Source: Marsupella aquatica (Eukaryota > Plantae > Marchantiophyta). Taken from it: a stretch of DNA of 64,000 nucleotides. Of this stretch, positions 53,017 through 64,000 are shown piece after piece. The translations under genes were made by a program, and so were the position numbers. The notes under the pieces were generated by a model, which had not been told where the DNA came from, did no database searches, and saw only the letters and a program-made list of their open reading frames with translations. The first letter of the stretch is position 1. Each line of letters opens with the position of its first letter. The stretch covers positions 6,373,079 through 6,437,078 of the forward strand of contig OZ316898.1 of NCBI GenBank assembly GCA_973895155.1, read 5' to 3'.

Positions 53017-54661
53017 TGTTGTACACATCTAGATCATTTATATCTACAAAATAGAGGAGAACAAATTTGGGATAAGAAAATGTATCAAATATAAATGATT
53101 GCTCAAATTTATTCATAAAATGATTGTGATCAACCATCACATACAAAGCCATGCTTTACATGACTCAACTATTTTCTATCGCAGATGCCTCTATCTCGGA
53201 CCAACATTTATCTCAGATGCCTCTATCTTGGATGCCTCTATCTTGGACCAAAATAGGTAGTTTTAGCAATCTAAGCTCTATCACCAATCCGATATGCTAT
53301 GATGGTCACTTCACCATCATATCTCACCTTGTCTTGGTGACAGGGATGAAAGAAAAGGTTGGAGCGGAACTGCTTATCTCACCGCTCTCTTGTCATTGAC
53401 TACTCTTCTGCCTGCCCTCTAAATGTGTTGTCTACTCAAATGTTGCCGCAACCACCAATGCCAGTGTCTCTGCAATGACCAAAAATCCATTGAGCTAGTA
53501 CCAGCTTGCTTCCCAGAGTTCACCAAATATTGATGCTATCTCTCGACCAAGAACTGCAGCACCACCCTCCTTTCTCCTGGACACAACGGCACCCATTAGC
53601 TCCAACACTATCAACCTAGGCTCAATCAACTGCTATAGGAGATTGAGTGAGTAACAAAGGCAAATAGCAGTGAGAAGGGAGTGAGGGAGATAGAGCTGCC
53701 CCGACAGGCAAGGTGTTTTGACATTTGAACAGGAGAGATGCAGAGGAAGGATCTGGGCAGAGGGATAGTTGAGCGAATGAGGTTGGAGTCTTCAGCAACT
53801 CCGGAGGTCACCAACGCATGATTCAGTAGGACTGGAGGATGTCGCTGCATGAGGGGGAGCAGAATGGAGGCCGTGAGCCAGAATTGGAACTGTCAGGATA
53901 ACTGTCCTATGGCACATATAATGAGGTCTCAATGCAGCACAACCATAATTTCTCACGGCTCTACAGGTTTGTTGAAAGTTGCTCCATTCTCCGTCAACTT
54001 ACCTTCCCTTGTCTGTGTTTCTCTCGCCCAAAGCCGCGGTGGTGAACAACAACAGTGGATTGATGCGCGTTGTCAAGCCGAGAGACAGAGGCCCAGATTG
54101 AAAGATTTGGGGTATGTGCAGTCATCTTTATTCTAGAGTTGTCCAGGCTGCAACAAACATTGATGGCAAATGGGACCACTAACCTCAATCCAAAGTTGGC
54201 GATTGAAGGCAGCAATGGCAACATGGATTCCATCACATGCTAGACGTCTGCTCCCCTCATTGATGAATCCCTGCAACAAATCTTCCCGAGTCCCTCCCGG
54301 ATCCCTGTAGCAAAATCTGAACATTATGTATTTAACTCCTATTTGAACATTATGTAATAGTGGGCTTCAAGCAATTAGCAAAAACAATTCCCGGGATTCC
54401 TGAAATAGTGCTTGCAATTGACCATAGTTTGCTTACGTTGTTTCCGTAGATGCCTTGACAAAGTAGCTGTGATCGGCACAATGAAAGTTGTGGACGGTGC
54501 AGCGAGAATCCCTGCTAGTCGGTGGAACCTTTGCTCCATTACCCAAGTGGAAGAGCGCGTGGGCAAGCAGAATTTGGAGACGCTGAAGAAGATAAAGATG
54601 GAGATAGATTCTCTTCCTTTGCCCTTCACAACAGGCCGCAAGGCGGACTTTCAGTTTGAGT

Positions 54662-54945
54662 AAAGGACTGGATGAAGAGATTGCAAAGGACGACGACTGG
54701 AGGTAGGCTGTTGCCAAGGCATTTTTTGACCATAGAGGCCTTGTCGCCAACCACATTACCTCTTACAACAACTTCGTGGAGAAAGGGATGCACGAAATAT
54801 TCAAGGAGGCTGAGGTATTTGAAGTTACACTGACTGAAGAAGGTTCCGTCCAAATGAAGGTTGTGCTTAGCTTCGGTGGAGTAGACCTCAACAGAAAACC
54901 CGAGGTGGACGCCGATGATAGAGTAATCAACCCACAAAGCGCTGC
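54662..54945 (+). pseudogene. Captured N-terminal fragment of an RNA polymerase second-largest subunit (NRPD2/NRPE2- or RPB2-like)
   Basis: DDDWR*AVAKAFFDHRGLVANHITSYNNFVEKGMHEIF..VVLSFGGVDLNRKP..INPQSA matches the RPB2-family region A pattern FFxxxGLVxHxxxSYNxF..FGxVxLxKP..PxxA; internal TAG at 54704. Confidence 0.7.
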
Positions 54946-57462
54946 CAAAGAATCAAAGCGACAAGTAAGATCGGGGGCCAATTCCGAAATGCTCCGTTCG
55001 CCGGGCTGCAAATCGAATTGGGAGAAAACTGGGTAGAGGGAGCAAACGGAAAATACCTAAATCCGGTTGTCCCCCTGGCCAATGAAGTCAAACTCCAAAC
55101 CTTCACCTCCTTCTTAAAAAATGCCTTAGTCCGCCATCGTCTTCTTCACACAGATGAAGCCACAACCTGTTTCAATTGCACTCAAACTCCAGGAATGAAG
55201 AGCGAAGTCTCACCAGGAATGAAAAGCAGAGTCGGCATTCGGTCCACAACAGTCATCCCAGCCGAGCTTCTCCTCAGTTCTCACTCCCTTGAACACACGA
55301 CCTTCACCTCCTTGAATCCAGACAGCACCTCAACCCAGACTCGCTACTTGCTTGTGAATGCCTGCAGTCTTGGGTTCTTCCTTCACAGAATACCTGCTAT
55401 AGCGAGAATCTTTTGCAACTGCAATTCAAAATGATTCTCCTAAGGTTTAGGCTTTAGGGGGTGCCAAACCTGTAGCTTTCAAGTTACATGAACGCATGCA
55501 AGTCAGGGCAAAAATCTTTGTTCAAGGGAGATTATGATCGATCTTCTTCAATCCTTGGGAGAAAGTCCAAGTTGTGTTGTGGCTCCAAAGCGATAAAAGG
55601 ATGGACTTTGGACACTAACTCGGACAACACCAACAAACGGTCATAGAGGTCGTTTCAATTTTGGGCAATTTTGCGAATTGCACACCTAACGACGAAGCAA
55701 ACTTGAAATCCAGACAGAGAATCAAAATTAATGAGTTTAAGTTCTAATTAAATTTGATCTTGACAGTCCAAAGCATTCTAACGATTGTTACTACCCACCT
55801 TGGTTGGCATCAAACTTACCTCTACACCCAACTGCCTCCATCCAAGCCACGCTATTGCGAGACTTTCTTCAAACCGCATCCATACATCGGTAGGAATGCC
55901 TGAGTCCTCCCAAGAAGAGTGCATGCCAGCAACCAGATCGTAACCAAGAAGAGTGCATGCTAGCAAGCTTACATAAGGTCTAGAGCGCTTCAAAGGATAA
56001 TCAAAGCACATCGATCGATCCAGTAGAGTCTCAGCAACATTCACAGGTACAATGAAACTCCATGAACGTGATCAATTACCTGGGAGTACCAACTCAAACT
56101 CAGATCAGCTTACTGCAGGCCTTACTGCCGACCTTATGCCGACGTTTCAAAGCAAAGAGGGGTTAAGAGCGAACGTAGGAAGGTGGTCCTTCGGACTCGA
56201 TTCTTCCACTCTCCTGCTAAATTGTTATCCTTGTCCTTGAGAGCAAAAGCCGCTGATGATAAATCTGCAAACATCGATGAATCCTAATGAGCAGTCCAAT
56301 CACGCAAATTCAAAAACGAACGGCAAAGCAAAATCAAATGGCGAATTGATCATCAGACTGAGCTTTGACTTCCCTTGCGTTCATGTGCAGCCCCCTGCTT
56401 TGCCCAGGGCTTTGCCGTGTGCCATCCCCCGATCCACTTGCCTTCCCCCGCAGATCCCCTACTTTTCCATGTGCCATCGCCCAATCGACTTGCATTCCCA
56501 CATAGATCCCCTTGCGTTCTTGAGTGCTGCCGTAGATCCCCTTGCGTTCCTGAGTGCCGCGCCGCAGCTTTGACTTCTAAACCACTATTACCCGCTCCCC
56601 ATTCTCCACACGGTAAAGTGGCTCACCCTTACTTTACACACCCCCAATTTTCTTACGCCCCCACAGTTACAGTCTAGAGGCTTCACTCTAGACCCTAGGT
56701 CGTGAACAGTAGACTTGAGTTCACGCTTTACTAGTAAGATTAACAGTTTATACATTAAAAAGTATATAAACTGCAGAGTATATCACATTAAAGAAAAAAA
56801 TAAAGAAACAAGAGTGTCAAACCCATGCAACAAAAGGGAGAATGCACTAATGCTTGTGGACACCGCCCCATTCCATGGCGCAGCTCAAGTTTTCATGATT
56901 CTCAGATGCTGTGCAAGTTGCAAATCATGTAGTTTCACTGTAGATACACATTGCCATATTTGAATTTGTGCACTTATGCATAGCATGTCCATTCTTGAGT
57001 TCTTGGATGACATTCTTGAAACCCACATGCGCTTAGGACTTACCATCATTTTTCCTGTCTACGCTCATAAGCTCTCTTGCATTTTTTTTCAAATTGCTCA
57101 TGATATTCCTTGAAGATCTGGAGCTAAAAGTTTATTTATAAGATAACTATTATGTTAGCTTCCATCCCATGATAACCTTCCTGCCAACAGGGCAGTAGCC
57201 CCCATTTTCCATCCCATAAATAGTCATTTGATCTCCATCCAATAGCACAATCTATGTCCTCCAACCCAAATCAATCCACCCTCCATCCCATCCCTCTCCA
57301 CCCTCCAGGACTTAGCCCTCCTTCACTTCATTGTGCCCTCCACCCAGTTACTGCCCTCCACCCAGTCACTGGTGTATTCACTAGTAGGACTTAGCTTGTG
57401 ATTAGAACTTAGATTCATTGTTATGGAGCCAATTGAGAGATAATATGGAGAGAGCTTGGTAT

Positions 57463-57814
57463 TGTTGAGCATAGACGACATTCGTAATAGCAAGCCCATG
57501 AATCATCCAACGTTACGTACAAGAGTCGACACAAAGAGATGTACGTGGTTCACCTCCACATGAGGCTACGTCCACGGGAACAGACAAGAACTTTACTGCA
57601 CTCTAGGCCGACCGGCCATACCAAGCATCCACAGCGCAAGCTCTCCCTATCTCTCAACTAGCTCTGTAACAATGAGCCTAAGTTCCACCAGGGTCTGGCA
57701 TCAGCCCTGGCAATATACACAATAGCACTACCGCTAACCTTAGCTAAGTCCTAACCCGAGTTAGCCTAATTGTGGTTAGCTCATGAGTCACAAGACTAAG
57801 AGCAATACCTAACA
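57463..57814 (-). repeat. 3' LTR of Copia C
   Basis: TGTTGAGCATAGACGA..TACCTAACA, similar to LTRs of A/B; adjacent PPT AAGGGGGAG on minus. Confidence 0.9.
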
Positions 57815-60800
57815 AACTCCCCCTTGACTCTTGTCTTGGGGACTGGACTAATTGCAACCATATGGAATCCTCAGCGGAAAGTTCTAGACAATCACCTAAA
57901 CAGGTCTCCCCCTAAAACCCACAAGGGTTAACTAAGGGTTAACTAGAACTAAGCCGTAACCAAACTGGAATGAGTAATCTATATACAAATAGTCACACAA
58001 TGCTAAATAACTCTACTTGCACTACAACTGCAAAACCTGCAAAGTAGCACGGTGTCTTGAGAAACTCTCCAAAGGAATCACTTTGGTAAATGCATCAGCG
58101 GGATTGAGCTTTCCATCAATCTTGACTAGCTAAAAAGTTTTATCAGACACTGCTTGCCTGATAAAATGGTACCTCATATCAATGTGCTTCACCCTGCTAT
58201 CCATCACCTGGTTAGCAGCCAAGTGAAGAACACTCTAACTATCACAATTTAAAGATATTTTGCCATGCTCTAAACCTATCTCCGCAATCAACTTGTCCAA
58301 CCAAATTGCTTCCTTTGCTGCTTCTGTTGCTGCAACATACTCTGCTTCTATAGTAGACTGAGATATACACTTCTGCAAGGTAGATTTCCAACTGATATAT
58401 CCTTCTCCAAGAGTAAATACAAACCCAGTTGTAGACCTCCTTGTATCCAGACAGCCTCCATAGTCAAAATCTACATAGCCAACTAACGTTCTATCTGATC
58501 TGGCATGAAATAGTAATCCATAGTCTTGTGTTCCCTTCAAATACCTGAGAATCCACTTCACAACTTCCCAATGTACCCTCCCTAGATTTGACATGAATCT
58601 ACTGACCTTGCCCATCGCTAGGGCCAAGTCAGGCCTAGTACAAGTCATCAAATACATCAGACTGCCTACTGCCTTCTCATAAGGAATCTTAGCCATCAGA
58701 CCTTTCTCCACAGCATCCGTAGGAGAAAGCCGATGATAACTTGAAATATGAAGCTAAACTCACTGGCTTACAATCCTCCATGTTGAATTGTGCAAGTACC
58801 TTCCTCGCATACTTGCCTTGATTCAAGCACAACTGTCAAGTATCAGAGTTCCTAAAACTCTCCATCCCTAAGATCCTTCATCCTGAATTCAGAATTCAAT
58901 TTCGTCTTGAGTTTGTCAACCTCAGATTGATCTTTAGCCACAATCAGCATGTCTTCCACATAGATAACCAGAATGATGAAACCAAACACATCATTCTTGA
59001 TTGATTTTGTATACACAAAAGGATCATATACCATCCTTGTAAAACCTTGAGCAAGCATGAAATCATCAAACCGCTTGTTTCATTGTCTAGGAGATTGCTT
59101 CAATCCATACAAGGACTTGAGCAATCTGCAAACTAAGTTCTCTTGGCCCTTCTTCATAAAGCCTACTGGCTGTCTTATGAAGATCATCTCTTTCAAGTTG
59201 CCATAGAGAAAAGTAGTAACAACTTCCATCTGATCCATCACCAGACCAAAAAATACAACAAGCTGACACAAGATCCGAATTGTGGAATACTTAGTCACCG
59301 GTGAAAAGACCTCATTGTAATCCACTCCTTTCTCCTGAGTGAATCCCTTGGCAACAAGCCTTGCCTTGTAGATCTTATCTCCACCCTCTGAAGGACTGTC
59401 CTTCAACTTGTAAATCCACCTACTATCCACCACTTGCTGACCTCTTGGAAGCTCCACCAGCTCCCATGTCTTGTTGTCACTCAAAGATTGCAACTCCCTC
59501 TGCATTGCTGCATTCCACTCATGCTTTTGCTATGAAGCACAAACCTCATTGTACGAAGAAGGCTCTCCTTCTTCCAAGATCAAAGCCATATCATCATCAG
59601 GTACAATGTCAATATCATCTAGCTTAGATGAGTCTGCCCATTGGCCATACCTGGTAGGAGCTCTAGTAGAACGACTAGAAGTTCTTCTAGTAGATGATTT
59701 AGGCTGATCTGATGCTATTGCAGGATGAATTTGAGGTACCCTAGCAACATTCTGCTCCTCTTGTTCCAACACAGAAACCAACTCTAAGCCCGGAGCTTCT
59801 CCATCTCTCCTATCATGAACATTATCATGACTAATCTCCCCCTCAACCCGGTCCGGGATGAGAGATTTCCCCTTGTCAGTATGGGAGTCCTGAGAACTCT
59901 CCCCCTGCTTTGATGATCTGGATTCATTAAAGGACACATCTCTACTGACAATTAGTTTACAGGTTACTGGATCCCATAACCTATAACCCTTCACACCTTT
60001 CTGATAGCCAAAAAATAGGCACTTCTTTGACTTGGACTCCAGCTTGGATCGAAGCTGGGAAGGTGTAAGTACATAAGCATCACATCCAAAAATCCTCAGA
60101 TGTGAGTAATCTGCTGGACGCCCGTACCTCATGTCAAATAGCGTCTTGAATCCAATAGAACTTGATGGAGAGAAATTTACCAAATAAGTTGCAGTATTGA
60201 CAGCTTCAGCCCAAAACTCATGCACATGGTAAGCATGATTGACTCAACATACTCCTCGAGCAGTCCAATAGTGTTCGGTTGAGTCTCTCAAAAATACCAT
60301 TTTGCTGAGGTGTATAACTTGTTGTGAGATGGCGGGTAATCCCCTGCTCCTTACAATACGTTCCAAATTCCCTGGAACTGTATTTACCGCCGTTATTCGA
60401 TCGAAGATATCTCACCTTATTACCAGTCTGATTCTCAACTTGGGCTTTCCACTCCTTAAAAGTGGCAAAAAATCAGACTTATTGTGTAGAAAGTATATCC
60501 ACACATACCTTGAGTAATCGTCTATGAACGTGACATAGTATAACCGTTTAGAGTGTGAGGGAGTAGGGGCTGGACCCCACACATCACTATGTACATACTC
60601 AAGTACCTCCTTGTTGGTATGAGTTCCAACTCCAAAGGGTTTCTTGTGCTGCTTCCCAAGCACACAATGCTCACAGAATTCCAACTTACAAGATTGCAAA
60701 TTAGAAAGTAATCCCTTTTTGTGAATAATAGCCAAACCTTTTTCACTCATGTGGCCCAAATGGAAGTGCCACAGCCGGGCCGTCTCCTCATGAGATAAGG

Positions 60801-63800
60801 TTATATTGGCTTCATCACAGACTACACTGCCCTCCAAAATGTAAAGATTGTTATGTCTCTTTGCCTTCAATACAACTTTAGTACCAGTTGAAACCTGAAG
60901 GACACCATTAGCAGAACTCCACTAATGGCCATTTGCTTCTAAAACTCCAAGTGAAATAAGATTTTTCATCATACTGGGAATATGTCTCACATTCCTCAGC
61001 ATTCTCACAACACCATCAAACATCTTAAATCTAACAGATCCAAGTCCAACTACTTAACATGGGATTCCATTTCCCATCAACACTGAACCGTTGGAAACCG
61101 TGTAAGAATTGAAAAAATCTCTCCTAGAGCAAATGTGAAAAGTACATGCACTATCTAGAATCCAGTCATCACTACCTGGATTTGACACTACGTTGAGAGA
61201 AAAACCTTGGCATCACAATATATCATCATCATCGAGTAAATCTACGTCATGTGCGCTCGATGCCGCGTTAGCTGATGCAGTAGGATCCTTTACTCGACAA
61301 TCCCTTTTCATGTGGCCAGGCTTGCCACATCTCCAACATGCAAGAGGCTTCCTCTCTTGCGATTTCCCTCTGGATTTAGATCTCCCCCGTGATGTAGATC
61401 TAAACCTGTTCTGCCCATTCGTGCGTTGCACTAGTCTTCCATGGTTCACATTCAGCGCAGTGCTAGAAGAAGATGTTGTCTGTGCTTGACCCAACTTCTT
61501 CTGAGCATCATCATCTGGACAGTAATGAACTTACCACCTCATCATACGAAATGAACTTCAGATCTCTGTACAAGAGCACCTATTTCAAGCCCTGATAAGA
61601 TGGCGATAAGGAGCTTAGCAGAAGCAATGCTTTATCCTCATCTTCAACTCCCTTATCCAGGTTTGACAAATCCACCGCTAGACTATCAAACTCATCCAGG
61701 TGATCTTGCAGCTTGCTCCCTTCCTTGAGCCTGAGGCTCATCAAGAGAGACTTATTGTACAACCGGTCTAACACATCTTCCCGATAGTACTTCTTTCTTA
61801 GAGCCTTGAATAGTGACGCGCGATCCGCATAATCATCCAACTTCTTGATGATATGCGGCTTGAGATAAAGCATCATTGCATTGACAGCAATCACCTGCTC
61901 TTATCTCCACTACTTCTCAGAGATCTCCTCTTCTCCATCATACTGCTCTCGCAAAGAGAGCACATGAGCTAAGCCCATGGCCCGAAGGACACCCTTCACT
62001 TGCTTCTCCCACAGCAAGTAATCAATATGACCATCGTACTTTTCCACCTCAAACTTCACTCCTCTAAATCTAGCCATCTCCCTCTTCTTCCCCACTATCG
62101 ACAACTCTAGTAGTAGTACAACTTTCTCCACTGCATGCCGCACCAGTGATCGTACCGGTGATATTTGTTCCTCCTCAAATGGTAGCAGCTCCTCCTCAGA
62201 CTCTCCGTCTGACCGTCACAATCCTGAAGCTCCACCGACACCAATTCTTCCAGTATTCTCTAAGTCACTCATATGAAACAATCACGAAAAAACATCTTTT
62301 TTTAAAACTTCTCATAAAACTCAAAACTCAACACCGCTGCGTAGCCCACGAAGCTAGGAGTCCAATACTGAAAGCCGAAATCAAATTCAAAATTCGACAA
62401 AAAAGTTATTTAAATTTTGGTCGGGGTGGGTAAAACCTTGGGAAACTCCCCTGTTTTGACCACCTCAGGGAATAACCAAAATACCAAGTACAACCCATCA
62501 TTGGAATCATGATTTCATCGGTGCACCGCATTGCTAACTTCAATGGCTATGACCGCACCGAAAAAGAACCAAAAAAGTTACCGTTTGGTGGACGGAATCT
62601 TTGTCGGACGGCCAAAAAACAGCTCTCTATTTTTTGGGAATATTCCCGCACAATTTGACAGGGCTCACAAGGGCCGTTCCCCCTGTCAAAGCGGTTAAAA
62701 CGAAGGGCGGCAGGTCCCGACATTCAAGGAGAACAAAAGGAAGGAAAAAACGGTTAAAAATAGGCCCTTAAAGGGGGTTTAAGCCCCTTTAAACAAAAAT
62801 ATGTTCCAAAATGCGCATCCGCGAGGTGGGCTAGCGAGCGTACAGGACATGGGGGCGGGAAAAAGACGGGGGTACATGGGTGAGTGCGAGAGGGCGTAGG
62901 GCTGGGCAGGGGCAATACGCGCAATGGCTTCGTAAGCAACTGGGTATAGGCAAGGGCCAAAAAAGGCGACCGTAGCCACAACTCCACGGCTGCAAGAAGG
63001 TCCGGCCGGCCGAGGGGAGAGAAAACAGGATGGGGGCGTGAGGGCAACCGACGAAGGGGAGGAGCTCGACCGCGACAGTGGCTTAAGCGCCGGCCGGCGC
63101 TGCGTGCAGCGGCTACGGCAGGGTGGAGTCAGGAGGCAGGAGGGAGGGGGAGGCGACGGTATTAGGGAGGGTGTGGGGCCGACCCTGTGTGTATACACAC
63201 GTAAATCTTGTTAGGAGAAGAGGTTACCGGTGTGTAACCATTTCTGCAGGGGCATGCTATAGTCATAATCTACTCTCCTGAAAAGTTGAACCAGTAACCT
63301 CTTTCCGGGCAAGAGTTATGTACGCTAATGCAAGGCAAGGCTGGGGTTATAGTCTGTAACCTGCTCTCGGAATATTCAAAGAAGCTTTCTGGTTGCCGCC
63401 GGTCAACTTCTTTTCATATTTCGGACGCAAGGTTACAGCCTAGTAACCCTGCACCCAGACCTGCATTACCCTATACATAGGGTACATACACATAAGGGGT
63501 GAAGAAACCCCTTTAAAAACCAAAATTGACCTTAAAAGGAAAAATGGCTGGATTACTCACAATGTTGTCGTTTCACACAAGAAAATGACGAATCACCGAC
63601 GGGAAATGTTGCCGAATTGCACCGGGACAGTCTGTAGCTCTAGCAAAGTAAGAACTTCCGCCGCGTTGCCTTCACTCCGCGTCAAGTGCCAATCCCGGAC
63701 TCAAAATGACCGCCTCGCCGCGATCAAACCGTTGAGTCGTAGCACTTTGCGTTTCTTCCACCGAGTCGGACGTCACGAAGAGAAACTCGGTTCAGATGGG

Positions 63801-64000
63801 AACAAGCTCCATAGCCTGTGAAAAAACCTGAACTCCCCCTTCTCTCATCACGACGCACTCGGTAACAACTCGACAGCTACTCAGCTACCAAAATGACCAG
63901 CTCGCATCAACCTTCAACTTGAGCTATAATGTGCGATCTCCCGAACACCGCACAGCTCACTCTGTTGAAAAATGCGAACTCTGGTCTCTCCCCCGAAAAC
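57463..64000 (-). mobile_element. Ty1/Copia element C (diverged relative of A/B), degenerate; 5' LTR lies beyond the window
   Basis: 3' LTR 57463-57814 plus PPT; RNase H/RT 58000-59530, integrase 59530-60870, protease WILDSACTFH ~61150, gag to ~62270; leader homologous to A/B. Confidence 0.93.

Larger units (their letters stand above)
45224..56739 (-). mobile_element. Canonical Helitron, 11.5 kb, degenerate autonomous element with 5' cargo
   Basis: 5' A|TCTTACTAGTAAAGCG at 56739, 3' CTAG|T at 45224 with decayed hairpin, no TSD, RepHel gene inside. Confidence 0.85.

Noticed and set aside
56701-56735. Plus-strand hairpin + CTAGT as a Helitron 3' end
   Set aside because: Better explained as the minus-strand 5' end (A|TC at 56739), matching RepHel orientation and the mini-Helitron terminus at 45155.

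Overview
Eukaryotic land-plant nuclear DNA (non-flowering lineage suspected, not provable from sequence). The first ~6 kb holds two host genes on +: the last six exons of TFIIF alpha/RAP74 and an intronless, probably mitochondrial alanine aminotransferase. The other ~57 kb is a nested transposon graveyard. It contains an old Copia relic with nested LTR-like pieces; a Sola-like DDE transposon with a Ulp1 protease, its transposase split by a ~19 kb inversion; three related Copia elements (A; B nested antisense in A; C); two 1.6 kb solo LTRs; several MITEs; and an 11.5 kb Helitron plus two relatives. Most notable: (1) all three related Copia elements keep an in-frame TGA at the identical position between gag and protease, suggesting programmed readthrough or regulated splicing; (2) a 1.87 kb TIR-less, LTR-less insertion encodes an RPA70-C-like OB-fold protein; (3) the Helitron carries a fragment of an RNA polymerase second-largest subunit resembling Pol IV/V NRPD2; (4) the transposase rejoins in frame across the inversion; (5) there is a 40-bp palindrome array and a fixed-spacing motif shared by unrelated retroelements. 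Family assignments rest on motif recognition only; no searches were run.
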